Assembly (NCBI GenBank): GCA_963798845.1
Contig: CAWCUS010000004.1
Coordinates: 192,001 to 256,000, forward strand
Origin: an uncultured Gemmatimonadales bacterium
GTDB lineage: Bacteria > Gemmatimonadota > Gemmatimonadetes > Longimicrobiales > RSA9
DNA length: 64,000 nucleotides
Reading direction: 5' to 3'
Part shown: positions 41,287-52,231 of the stretch, piece after piece
How the letters are laid out: each line of letters starts with the position of its first letter
Numbering within the stretch: the stretch's first letter is position 1
Program-made: the position numbers and the translations under genes
Notes under the pieces: generated by a model
What the model saw: the letters and a program-made list of their open reading frames with translations, nothing else
Databases searched by the model: none
What the model was told of the DNA's origin: nothing

Positions 41287-42537
41287 ATGGCGACCCCGCA
41301 GCCGGGCGGTGAAGCCAGGTCGGGGCCGGGGCGGCCCTGGCTCGGGAAGCGCGTGCTCCTCGGGGTGACCGGGGGAATCGCCGCATACAAGGTCGTACAG
41401 CTGGCTCGGGACCTGACGCATCTGGGCGCCGAAGTCGACGTGGTCATGACGCGCTCTGCGCGCGCCTTCGTGGGGGAAATCTCCTTCGAAGGTGTTACGG
41501 GCAGGCCGGTGCGGGCCGACCTGCTCGCGCCCGGCGCCGCGCTGGACCACATCCGGCTGGCGCGGGAAGCCGACGTGGTATGCGTCGCCCCCGCGACCGC
41601 GGACTTCATGGCCCGAGCGGCAGCGGGCCGTTCCGACAATCTTCTGAACGCCGTCCTCCTGGCCACGCGCGCGCCGGTGCTGGTCTGCCCGGCGATGAAC
41701 GATGCCATGTGGGCGCACGCGGCCACCCAGTCGAACGCGCGGCGGCTGGTGGAACTGGGATACCGGCTGGTGGGCCCGGCCGAGGGGCCGCTGGCGTACG
41801 GCGAGGGGAGCGGTCCGGGCCGCATGGAGGAGCCGGCCGTCATCGTCCAGCACGTGGGGCGCGCGCTCCAGGTACCCGGCCGCTTCCGGCGTCGTCGAGT
41901 GGTCGTGACGGCGGGACCGACGCGTGAAGCCGTGGATCCGGTGCGCTTCCTGTCCAACCGCTCGAGCGGTCGCATGGGCTTCGCCCTCGCAGCGGCGGCC
42001 TGGCGACGGGGGGCGGACGTCACGCTGATCGCCGGCCCGACGCTCCTCGGGCCTCCGCCGGGTCCCCGGCTCCAGCGGGTGGAGAGCACGGCCGAAATGC
42101 TCGAGGCGGTCCGACGTGCGCTGTCGGACGCGGACGTGCTGATCATGGCGGCGGCCCCGGCGGATTTCAGGCCGGGCTCTCCCGCGCAGGCGAAGCTCAA
42201 GAAGGCGGAGGCGCCGGAGGCGCTGGCGCTTGTATCCTCGCCCGACATCCTGGTGGAGACAGGTCGGGATCGGCGGCCGGGCTGCGTGACGGTGGGGTTC
42301 GCGCTGGAGACGGGCGAAGGTGAGGATGAAGCGCGCCGGAAGCTGGAAGCCAAGGGGCTGGACCTGGTCGTGCTGAACGAGGTGGGTGCCGGGACGGGAT
42401 TCGAGACGGAGACCAACCGGGTCGTCCTGATCGAGCGGGAGGGCGAATCCGAGGCACTGCCGCTGCTCCCGAAGGACGAGGTGGCGGAGCGGATCCTCGA
42501 CCGCGTGGAGCGGCGGATGCCGTTCCCCGACGAGTAG
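41287..42537 (+). CDS. coaBC: Bifunctional CoaBC
   Basis: GGIAAYK, PAMN, TAGPTRE.VDPVRFLSNRSSG.MG, GFALET. Confidence 0.96.
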   Translation: MATPQPGGEARSGPGRPWLGKRVLLGVTGGIAAYKVVQLARDLTHLGAEVDVVMTRSARAFVGEISFEGVTGRPVRADLLAPGAALDHIRLAREADVVCVAPATADFMARAAAGRSDNLLNAVLLATRAPVLVCPAMNDAMWAHAATQSNARRLVELGYRLVGPAEGPLAYGEGSGPGRMEEPAVIVQHVGRALQVPGRFRRRRVVVTAGPTREAVDPVRFLSNRSSGRMGFALAAAAWRRGADVTLIAGPTLLGPPPGPRLQRVESTAEMLEAVRRALSDADVLIMAAAPADFRPGSPAQAKLKKAEAPEALALVSSPDILVETGRDRRPGCVTVGFALETGEGEDEARRKLEAKGLDLVVLNEVGAGTGFETETNRVVLIEREGESEALPLLPKDEVAERILDRVERRMPFPDE

Positions 42538-42540
42538 CCG

Positions 42541-43281
42541 GTGGATCCGAAGGCGAAGCTCGTCGCGGTCCTGCGCGAGCTGAGAGAACTCGGCGTAAAC
42601 GAGCTGTTCCTCGACTCGATGTCGGCGGAGGAGGCGGTGGCGCTGCTGACGCGGCCTCCCGCGGCTCCCGGGGATGCGGAGGCATTCCACGCCGGACCCG
42701 CCCGGGCCGAGGGGACCGCGGCCCACGGCCGGTCGCTGCAGGTGCTGGGGGTGGAAGCGAGCCGGTGCACGCGCTGCCGGCTGAGCGAGGGGCGGCGGAA
42801 CGTGGTCTTCGGGCGGGGCAACCCGCAGGCGGAGCTCGTGGTGGTGGGCGAGGCTCCCGGGGGCGAGGAGGACCGTACCGGGATCCCCTTCGTCGGTCCG
42901 GCCGGCAAGCTGCTCGACCTGCTGCTGCTGTCGGTGGGGCTCGACAGGGAGAACGTCTACATCTGCAACGTCCTGAAGTGCCGGCCGCCGGGCAACCGGG
43001 ACCCGATGGCCGACGAGGTCGCGGCGTGCTCGTCGTATCTGCACGGGCAGCTCGAGGCGATCGGCCCGAAGGTCCTGCTTGCGGTGGGCAAGTTCTCGGC
43101 CCAGACGCTCACGGGCGAGGAAGCGCCCATTGGCCGCCTGCGCGGCCGGGTCCACACTCACCAGGGGATCCCGGTGGTTGCGACGTACCACCCGGCGTAC
43201 CTGCTCCGCACGCCGTCGGCGACGCGCAAGACATGGCAAGACCTGCAACTCATGAGACAGGTGCTGGATGAGCACGCCTGA
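42541..43281 (+). CDS. Uracil-DNA glycosylase family 4
   Basis: C..C.L, GEAPG, PFVG.AG, KCRPP.NR, YHPAYLLR. Confidence 0.93.
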   Translation: MDPKAKLVAVLRELRELGVNELFLDSMSAEEAVALLTRPPAAPGDAEAFHAGPARAEGTAAHGRSLQVLGVEASRCTRCRLSEGRRNVVFGRGNPQAELVVVGEAPGGEEDRTGIPFVGPAGKLLDLLLLSVGLDRENVYICNVLKCRPPGNRDPMADEVAACSSYLHGQLEAIGPKVLLAVGKFSAQTLTGEEAPIGRLRGRVHTHQGIPVVATYHPAYLLRTPSATRKTWQDLQLMRQVLDEHA

Positions 43282-44656
43282 GCCGGAAGTCTTCGCGTTC
43301 CGCGCGCCCGATCGGCAGCTGCCGTACGCGGCGGAAGCCGAGGTGAGCGTGCTCGGCGGAATGCTGATCGACGGGGATGCCGTGGCGAAGGCCGTGGAGG
43401 TCCTGGACGACTCCATGTTCTACCGGGAGGGGCACCGCCGCATCTACCGGTCGATGGCCAGGCTCTTCCAGCGCGGCGAGGTGGTGGACCCGACCACCGT
43501 GGCGGAGGACCTGCGCCAGACGGGTGAGATGGAGCAGGCCGGCGGGCTGCCCTACCTGGCCGAGCTGCTGGACGCCGTCCCGACGGCGGCGAACATCGAG
43601 TACCACGCCCGCATCGTGCGGGAACGGGCGATCATGCGGCGTCTGATCGAAGCGTCGTCGGCGATCATCCAGGACGTGTACACGCCGGGCGAGACGACCG
43701 TCGAGGAGCTCCTGGACGGGGCGGAGCACCGGATCTTCGAGGTGGCGCAGTCTCACGAGCGGCAGGGCTTCGTCTGGATCAAGAAGATCCTGTACCCGAC
43801 GTTCGAGCGGATCGAGCAGCTGCAGGCGGCACAGGGCGGGATCACGGGGATCGGCACCGGGTTCCCCGACCTGGACGGGAAGACGGGCGGGTTCCAGAAG
43901 GGAGACCTGGTCATCATCGCCGCGCGCCCCTCGATGGGGAAGACGGCGCTGGTGATCTCCCTTCTGCTGCACGCGGCCATCAGCCAGCAGACGCCCGTGG
44001 CGCTCTTCTCGCTGGAGATGTCGAAGGAGCAGCTGGTGCAGCGGATGCTGTGCTCGGAAGCGCTGGTGGACCTGGGCCGCCTGCTCCGCGGCCGCCTCAC
44101 CGACGACGATTACGTTCGGCTCGCGCAGGCGGCGGCGCACCTGAACACGGCGCCGATCTGGATCGACGACTCGGGCGCGCTGAACGTGCTGGAGATGCGA
44201 GGCAAGGCGAGGCGGCTGAAGTCGGAGCAGCCGGAGCTGGGGCTCGTCGTCGTCGACTACCTCCAGCTGATGCGGGGCGGGGTCAAGAGCGCCGAGAACC
44301 GGCAGCAGGAGGTGAGCGAGATCAGCCGGGGACTCAAGGCGCTGAGCAAGGAGCTGGGGGTGCCAGTGATCGCGCTGTCCCAGCTTTCCCGTGCGCCAGA
44401 GCAGCGCAGCGACCACCGGCCACAGCTGTCGGACCTGAGGGAGTCGGGTTCCATCGAGCAGGATGCCGATCTGGTCATGTTCCTCTACCGTCCGGAGTAC
44501 TATCTCTCCGACATGGAAGCGCAGGAGCAGGGGCTGGCCGGGAAGGCCGAGCTGATCATCGGCAAGCAGCGGAACGGCCCGACCGGGACAGTGGACCTGT
44601 TCTTCCGCAAGGAGAGCACGCGCTTCGAGTCGCTCGCGCGTTCGGAGCGCTTCTAG
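43268..44656 (+). CDS. dnaB: Replicative DNA helicase
   Basis: AARPSMGKT, FSLEM, DYLQL, LSDLRESGSIEQDAD, KQRNGP; no intein. Confidence 0.97.
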   Translation: MSTPEPEVFAFRAPDRQLPYAAEAEVSVLGGMLIDGDAVAKAVEVLDDSMFYREGHRRIYRSMARLFQRGEVVDPTTVAEDLRQTGEMEQAGGLPYLAELLDAVPTAANIEYHARIVRERAIMRRLIEASSAIIQDVYTPGETTVEELLDGAEHRIFEVAQSHERQGFVWIKKILYPTFERIEQLQAAQGGITGIGTGFPDLDGKTGGFQKGDLVIIAARPSMGKTALVISLLLHAAISQQTPVALFSLEMSKEQLVQRMLCSEALVDLGRLLRGRLTDDDYVRLAQAAAHLNTAPIWIDDSGALNVLEMRGKARRLKSEQPELGLVVVDYLQLMRGGVKSAENRQQEVSEISRGLKALSKELGVPVIALSQLSRAPEQRSDHRPQLSDLRESGSIEQDADLVMFLYRPEYYLSDMEAQEQGLAGKAELIIGKQRNGPTGTVDLFFRKESTRFESLARSERF

Positions 44657-44688
44657 CGCCGCCAGGCGCGGCCGAGCCCGACCACGAC

Positions 44689-46053
44689 GTGAAGACACGA
44701 ACTGCGTACTTCTGCACCGAGTGCGGCAACGAGACGCCCCGCTGGCAGGGGCAGTGCCCGGCGTGCGGGGCCTGGAACAGCCTGGCGGAGGAGCCGCGGG
44801 CGACGAGGCCCCGACCGCGGGCGGGCCCACAGGGGCGCGACTCGCCCGGCCGGTCCGCGGTCGGTGCCACTCCGGCGCCGCTGCGCGACGTCCAGCCGAA
44901 CGCGACCGAGCGCTGGACCACCGGCATTCGAGAGCTCGACTTCGTTCTGGGGGGCGGAATCGTACCGGGCTCGCTGATCCTGCTGGGCGGGGAGCCGGGA
45001 ATCGGCAAGAGCACGCTCCTCCTCCAGGTGGCCGCGCGGCTCCAGGCGGCAGGCCGCGCAACGCTCTACGTCTCGGGCGAGGAGTCGGCGGGGCAGGTCC
45101 GATTGCGGGCGGACCGGCTGGGAGGCGGGGCTGAGGACGTGGTCTTCCTCGGGGAGACCGAGCTGGGCGCCATCATGGCACGCATCGCCGACGAACGGCC
45201 GGACGCCCTGGTGGTGGACTCGATCCAGACCACCTACACCGATGAGCTGGACGGCGCGCCCGGCAACGTGACCCAGGTGCGGGAGTGCGCGGCGCGGCTC
45301 CAGCGCTTCGCGAAGGAATCCTCGACGGCCGTCTTCCTGGTGGGCCACGTCACCAAGGGCGGCACTGTGGCGGGGCCTCGGACGCTCGAGCACATCGTGG
45401 ACACGGTGCTGTACTTCGAGGGAAGCCGCAGTCTGGACCACCGTGTTCTCCGGGCGACCAAGAACCGATTCGGGGGGGTCGACGAGATCGGTGTCTTCCG
45501 TATGACCACGGGCGGACTCGACGCGGTGGCGAGCCCATTGGAGCTCTTTCTCGGTGAGCGCACCGCTGGCGCGAGTGGAGCGGCGGTGGTGTGCACGCTG
45601 GAAGGCACGCGGCCGCTGCTGGTCGAGGTGCAGGCACTGTGCTCGCGGGCCGCGTACGGCGCGCCCCAGCGCGTCACCACCGGGTTCGACCGCCAGCGCC
45701 TGGCGCTGCTCCTGGCCGTGCTGGAAAAGCGGGCAGGCCTTTCGTTCGGCGACCAGGATGTCTTCCTCAACGCGGTGGGTGGCGTGCGCCTGACGGAGCC
45801 GGCCGCGGACGCGGGCGTGGTGGCGGCGCTTGCGAGCGCGCTGCTGGATCGGCCGATACCGGGAGACGCGGTGTTCGTGGGGGAGGTCGGCCTGGGGGGC
45901 GAGCTGCGATCCGTGAGCCAGCTGGAACGGCGTCTGGGCGAGGCGGAGCGCCTCGGCTTCCGCACGGCGTTCGTTCCCGGCCGGGCGCGCGCCGTTGCGG
46001 ATCTGAGGGTGGTGCGTTCCGAGACCGTCCGGGACCTTCTGGGGGCGTGGTGA
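44689..46053 (+). CDS. radA: DNA repair protein RadA/Sms
   Basis: C4 zinc finger, GEPGIGKST, KNRFG. Confidence 0.96.
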   Translation: MKTRTAYFCTECGNETPRWQGQCPACGAWNSLAEEPRATRPRPRAGPQGRDSPGRSAVGATPAPLRDVQPNATERWTTGIRELDFVLGGGIVPGSLILLGGEPGIGKSTLLLQVAARLQAAGRATLYVSGEESAGQVRLRADRLGGGAEDVVFLGETELGAIMARIADERPDALVVDSIQTTYTDELDGAPGNVTQVRECAARLQRFAKESSTAVFLVGHVTKGGTVAGPRTLEHIVDTVLYFEGSRSLDHRVLRATKNRFGGVDEIGVFRMTTGGLDAVASPLELFLGERTAGASGAAVVCTLEGTRPLLVEVQALCSRAAYGAPQRVTTGFDRQRLALLLAVLEKRAGLSFGDQDVFLNAVGGVRLTEPAADAGVVAALASALLDRPIPGDAVFVGEVGLGGELRSVSQLERRLGEAERLGFRTAFVPGRARAVADLRVVRSETVRDLLGAW

Positions 46054-46745
46054 GGGCGGCGGCCGTGATCCCGGCAGCGGGCGAGGGCGCCCGCATGGGT
46101 GCCGGCGTGAGAAAGCAGTACCTGGAGCTCGCGGGCGTTCCCGTGCTCCTCCGCGCGATCCGACCGTTCCTGGACCACCCGGCGTTCGTGTGGGTGGTGG
46201 TGGCGCTGCCTCCCGAGGAGGCCGCCGCGCCCCCGGTGCCGCTCCCGGCCACGGTGAGCGTCGTGGCGGGCGGTGCCACGCGTGGCGACTCGGTGCGTGC
46301 GGCGCTCGCGGCCGTGCCGGAGGAAGCGGAGGCCGTGTTCATCCACGACGCGGCCCGGCCGTTGCTGGATGAAGAGGTGCTGGAGCGCGTCCTCGCCGCC
46401 GTGGCGGCCGGAGAGAGCGCGATCGCGGCGGTCCCGGTGCCCGACACGCTGAAGCGGGTGGGGGCCGGGGGCGAGATCCAGGCGACGGTCTCCCGGGAGG
46501 CTCTCTGGGCCGCGCAGACGCCGCAGGCGTTCCCGCGCTCCGTGATCGTGGGAGCCTACGCCCGTGCGCGCACCGAGGGCGTCGAGGCGACCGACGACGC
46601 AGCGCTGGTGGAGCGGTATGGGGGACGCGTCGTCGTGGTGCAGGGAAGTTCCCGCAACGTGAAGGTGACGCGGCCCGAAGACCTGGCTCTCGCCGCAGCG
46701 CTCCTCGACGCAGCGGAGCGGCCGCACGGTAGCCGCGCCTCATGA
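46050..46745 (+). CDS. ispD: 2-C-methyl-D-erythritol 4-phosphate cytidylyltransferase
   Basis: PAAG.G.RM, KQY, IHDAARP, AQTPQAF, TDDA, KVT.PED. Confidence 0.95.
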   Translation: MRAAAVIPAAGEGARMGAGVRKQYLELAGVPVLLRAIRPFLDHPAFVWVVVALPPEEAAAPPVPLPATVSVVAGGATRGDSVRAALAAVPEEAEAVFIHDAARPLLDEEVLERVLAAVAAGESAIAAVPVPDTLKRVGAGGEIQATVSREALWAAQTPQAFPRSVIVGAYARARTEGVEATDDAALVERYGGRVVVVQGSSRNVKVTRPEDLALAAALLDAAERPHGSRAS

Positions 46746-47365
46746 CGCGCCGGCTGCCGTACGCCACCACGGAGCAGCGGAGGTCAGCGGAGGAATACGT
46801 TCGGCGGCACCTCGCGGCGGGAGGCATCCTGGCGTACCCCACGGAGACGGTCTATGGCCTCGGGTGCGCGCTGATTCCCCTTGCGCTGGAAGCGCTGGCG
46901 GCGTTCAAGGGGGAGCGCCCGTTCCTGCTCCTGATCCGGGACCGCTCGGACGCGGCCGAGCTCCTCTGGACGGCTGAGGCGGAGCGGCTCGCCCGCCGCT
47001 TCTGGCCGGGCCCCCTGACGCTGGCGCTGAGCGCGTCGGCCGGCACCTTCCCGCCGCAGGTGGTTGGCTCCGATGGTGCCGTGGCGGTGCGGGTCTCGCC
47101 ACACCCTGGCGTGGCGGACCTGCTCTCGGCGGCGGCTGGCCCGCTGACCTCCACGAGCGCGAACTTCCCGGGCGAGCCGCCGGCGAGGAGCGGGGACGAA
47201 GCCGCGGGGGTGGCGTCCGCATTCCCGGGGTCGCTGGTGCTGGATGCGGGCGAGTTGCCGTTCCAGCGGCCGTCCACGATCGTGCGCTGTGCCGAGGTCG
47301 TGCGTGTGATCCGTGAGGGCGCCATACCCACGTCGGAGCTGAGGACGGTGGTCGATCTGCAATGA
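46742..47365 (+). CDS. tsaC: L-threonylcarbamoyladenylate synthase (YrdC/Sua5)
   Basis: YPTETVYGLG, FWPGPLT, STSAN. Confidence 0.9.
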   Translation: MTRRLPYATTEQRRSAEEYVRRHLAAGGILAYPTETVYGLGCALIPLALEALAAFKGERPFLLLIRDRSDAAELLWTAEAERLARRFWPGPLTLALSASAGTFPPQVVGSDGAVAVRVSPHPGVADLLSAAAGPLTSTSANFPGEPPARSGDEAAGVASAFPGSLVLDAGELPFQRPSTIVRCAEVVRVIREGAIPTSELRTVVDLQ

Positions 47366-47853
47366 GCGACAACAGTTCGGAAGGGACCAGCTACAATCTC
47401 CTGTTCGTCTGCACCGGCAACACCTGTCGGAGCCCCATGGCGGCCGCGCTGGCGCGCCACGCCCTCGGCGAGCGGGGGTGGAGCCACGTGGCCGTGCGCT
47501 CGGCGGGCGTGGCCGCGCTCCCCGGCTCGCCCGTCTCCGACGCCGTGCCGCTCGTACTGGCCGAGTCCGGCGTGGAGCTGGGCCGTCACGAGGCGTCCAT
47601 GCTGACGCCCGAGCTGGTCGAATGGGCCGACACCGTGCTGGTCATGGGCGCGAGCCAGATGGCCGCGGTCCTCGCCATGGGCGGGGCGGACAAGGTGGCC
47701 CTGCTCACGCAGTTCCTTCCGGACGGGCAGGCAGGCCGGCCCGTGGCGGATCCCATTGGGGGCGACATGGCCGTATACCGGGAAACGCGCGACCAGATCG
47801 CGGAAGCCGTCCAGGCCGTGCTCGACGGCCTCGAGCCGATCCTCGCGCCCTGA
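47362..47853 (+). CDS. Low-molecular-weight protein phosphatase, YwlE-like (arginine) type
   Basis: FVCTGNTCRS P-loop, SAG, DP.GG. Confidence 0.85.
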   Translation: MSDNSSEGTSYNLLFVCTGNTCRSPMAAALARHALGERGWSHVAVRSAGVAALPGSPVSDAVPLVLAESGVELGRHEASMLTPELVEWADTVLVMGASQMAAVLAMGGADKVALLTQFLPDGQAGRPVADPIGGDMAVYRETRDQIAEAVQAVLDGLEPILAP

Positions 47854-47866
47854 GCCAGTCTCCCCC

Positions 47867-48709
47867 ATGACTCCCGGCACGGGAACGCGGCTCCTGGCTC
47901 TCCTGGGCGATCCGGTGGATCATTCCCTCTCGCCCCGGTTCCAGAACGCCGCGCTCCGCGCCGCCGACCTCGACGCCGTTTACGTCCCGCTCCGGTGCGA
48001 CGCCGCAGTCCTGCCGGGCCTCCTCCGCGGCATCGCCCTCGCTGGCGGCGGGGGCAACATCACGCTCCCCCACAAGACCGCGGCCGCCCGGGTCCTCGAC
48101 GAGGCGGCGCCGGCCGTGGTCCGGACCGGCGCGTGCAACACGTTCTGGCTCGAGAACGGCCGCATCCACGGGGACAACACCAATGTGGAAGGGTTCACCG
48201 CCGCCGCCCGGGCGCTGATCGGATCGCCCGCGGGCGCCCGCGTCCTGGTCCTGGGCGCGGGCGGCGCCGCCCGCGCGGCGGTCGCCGCCCTCCTGTCGGC
48301 TCGCGCCGACGCCGTGCACCTGCTGAACCGGTCCGCGTCCCGGGCGCGGGCCGTGGCCGCCGCACTCGATCCGCGTGGGCGTCGCGTGACCGTGCTGGAC
48401 GACCCGCAGCGCCTGGAGCGCGAGGGATACGACCTGGTCGTGAACGCCACTTCGCTCGGCCTCGCGGCAGACGATCCGCACCCGCTGGCGCTGGACTTCC
48501 CGGCTCGCGTCGGGGCCGTGCTGGACCTGGTGTATCGGCCGGGGGGCACGGCCTGGGTGCAGGAAGCGAGGGCGCGGGACCTCGTCGCCGCCGACGGTAC
48601 CGAGATGCTGCTCAATCAGGGGGTCGCCAGCTTCCGCCGCTGGTTCCCCGACGCCGCGCCGGATGTGGACGCCATGCGGCTTGCCCTGTTCGCCGTCGCG
48701 GACGCGTAG
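47867..48709 (+). CDS. aroE: Shikimate dehydrogenase
   Basis: HSLSP, NITLPHK, ACNT, LGAGGAARA, NATSLG, DLVY. Confidence 0.92.
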   Translation: MTPGTGTRLLALLGDPVDHSLSPRFQNAALRAADLDAVYVPLRCDAAVLPGLLRGIALAGGGGNITLPHKTAAARVLDEAAPAVVRTGACNTFWLENGRIHGDNTNVEGFTAAARALIGSPAGARVLVLGAGGAARAAVAALLSARADAVHLLNRSASRARAVAAALDPRGRRVTVLDDPQRLEREGYDLVVNATSLGLAADDPHPLALDFPARVGAVLDLVYRPGGTAWVQEARARDLVAADGTEMLLNQGVASFRRWFPDAAPDVDAMRLALFAVADA

Positions 48710-48730
48710 CCGACGCCGTCCCCTCCGGCC

Positions 48731-50529
<1,799 letters not shown>

Positions 50530-50743
50530 TTGGCGCTCAACAAGTTGGATGTGTTTACATTCGAAATTGCTCGAATGCTGGCTCTATTGACGGCCGTGGG
50601 GGCGCGCATTAGGGTGAATGGGTGGGGCGCCGCCGCTCGTGGGGAGCGTGCGTCCGTGCTCGGGGGCGGGGAGAGGGCGGTCAGATGGCACGCATCTGGC
50701 GCCCGGAGGGTTCGCGGTACGGCATCCCGGGTAGGAGGAGTCC

Positions 50744-50944
50744 ATGGCGCAATCGACGAAAGGTCGGAGCGGGACGTACCGGTGTCCGGTGTGCGGTCAC
50801 CGCGACACTGCGGAGCTGGCGCCGACGCAGGACACGGCGGTGATCCGGTGCAGCTACTGCCAGACGTCGCTGGAGGTATCGTCGCGAGGCTCGGACTCCC
50901 TCCGATTCAGCGTGCAGGTGTCGGAGCAGGGCGCGATGCCGTAG
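50744..50944 (+). CDS. 66-aa zinc-ribbon protein
   Basis: AGGAGG RBS; CPVCG and CSYC motifs. Confidence 0.75.
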   Translation: MAQSTKGRSGTYRCPVCGHRDTAELAPTQDTAVIRCSYCQTSLEVSSRGSDSLRFSVQVSEQGAMP

Positions 50945-50972
50945 GGGCGGTGACGCGAGGATGAGAAACGAG

Positions 50973-51004
50973 GAGCCACGGTCTTGACGGACCGTGGCTC
51001 TTTT
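50973..51004 (+). terminator. Intrinsic terminator between zinc-ribbon gene and pgk
   Basis: Perfect 11-bp stem GAGCCACGGTC/GACCGTGGCTC then TTTT. Confidence 0.7.
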
Positions 51005-51019
51005 CACTTCGAGGACCGG

Positions 51020-52231
51020 ATGACGAAGCGAACGATCAGGGACCTGCCGGACCGCGTGCTGGACGGCGCGCGCGTGCTGATGCGCGTGGATTACAACGTG
51101 CCGCTGTCGGAGGGGCAGGTCACGGACGACACGCGGATCCGGGCGACGCTGCCCACGCTGCGCTACCTGCTGGAGCGTGGGGCGTCGGTGGTGCTGATGT
51201 CGCATGCGGGCCGACCGAAGGGGAAGTGGGTGGAGTCGATGTCGCTGCGGCCGATGGCGGAGCGGCTGGGAGAGCTCGTGGACGTGCCGGTGCACTTCGT
51301 TGCGGACGTGGTGGGCTCTGAGGCGAGGAACGCGGCCGCGGCGCTGAAGGGTGGAGAGATCCTGGTCCTGGAAAACACGCGCTTTCTGCCGGGCGAGGAG
51401 ACGGACGACCCCGCGCTGGCGGAGCAGCTCGCCGCGCTCGGAACTGTCTACGTGAATGATGCGTTCGGCACGGCCCACCGGGCGCACGCATCGACGGTGG
51501 GGGCTGCGGAGCACATGAAGAAGGAGGGAAAGCCGGCGGTGGCGGGGCTGCTCATGGAGGCGGAGCTGCGCTTCCTAGGCGAGGCTCTGGAGTCGCCGGA
51601 GCGGCCGTTCGTGGCGATCCTGGGCGGCGCGAAGATCTCGGGAAAGATCGACGTGATCGAGAACCTGCTGCCCCGGGTGGACCGGCTCGTGATCGGCGGT
51701 GCCATGGCGAACACCTTCTTCCGGGCGATGGGGCTGGACACGGGTTCCTCGCTGGTGGAGGAGGACCGGGTGGAGATGGCGGCCGACCTCCTGGAGCGGG
51801 TCGGTGGGAAGCTGGCGCTGCCGGTCGACTGTGTGGTGTCCGAGGAGGCCTCGGCCGAGGCGCCCACCCGGGCGGTCTCGCGGGAGGAGGTGCCCGAAGG
51901 CTGGAAGATCCTGGATATCGGGCCGCACTCGGTCTCGGCATTCCGCACCGACCTGGAGGGCGCGCGCACGGTGCTGTGGAACGGGCCCATGGGCATGTTC
52001 GAGCTTCCGCCGTTCCGCGGCGGCACAGACGGACTCGCCCGGGCGGTGGCCGACATCACCCGAGCAGGCGCGACGTCCATCATCGGTGGAGGCGACACCG
52101 CTGCCGCGCTCAGGGAAGCGGGGCTGGAGGACCGGATGACCCACGTGTCGACCGGTGGCGGGGCGGCGCTGGAGTTCCTGGAAGGCCGCACCCTTCCGGG
52201 CGTGGCCGTCCTCGACGACAGGGAGGCGTGA
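51020..52231 (+). CDS. pgk: Phosphoglycerate kinase
   Basis: RVDYNVP, ENTRF, NDAFGTAHRAH, WNGPMG, STGGGA. Confidence 0.97.
   Translation: MTKRTIRDLPDRVLDGARVLMRVDYNVPLSEGQVTDDTRIRATLPTLRYLLERGASVVLMSHAGRPKGKWVESMSLRPMAERLGELVDVPVHFVADVVGSEARNAAAALKGGEILVLENTRFLPGEETDDPALAEQLAALGTVYVNDAFGTAHRAHASTVGAAEHMKKEGKPAVAGLLMEAELRFLGEALESPERPFVAILGGAKISGKIDVIENLLPRVDRLVIGGAMANTFFRAMGLDTGSSLVEEDRVEMAADLLERVGGKLALPVDCVVSEEASAEAPTRAVSREEVPEGWKILDIGPHSVSAFRTDLEGARTVLWNGPMGMFELPPFRGGTDGLARAVADITRAGATSIIGGGDTAAALREAGLEDRMTHVSTGGGAALEFLEGRTLPGVAVLDDREA

Noticed and set aside
43268..44656. Intein in DnaB
   Set aside because: Normal length (462 aa) with contiguous motifs
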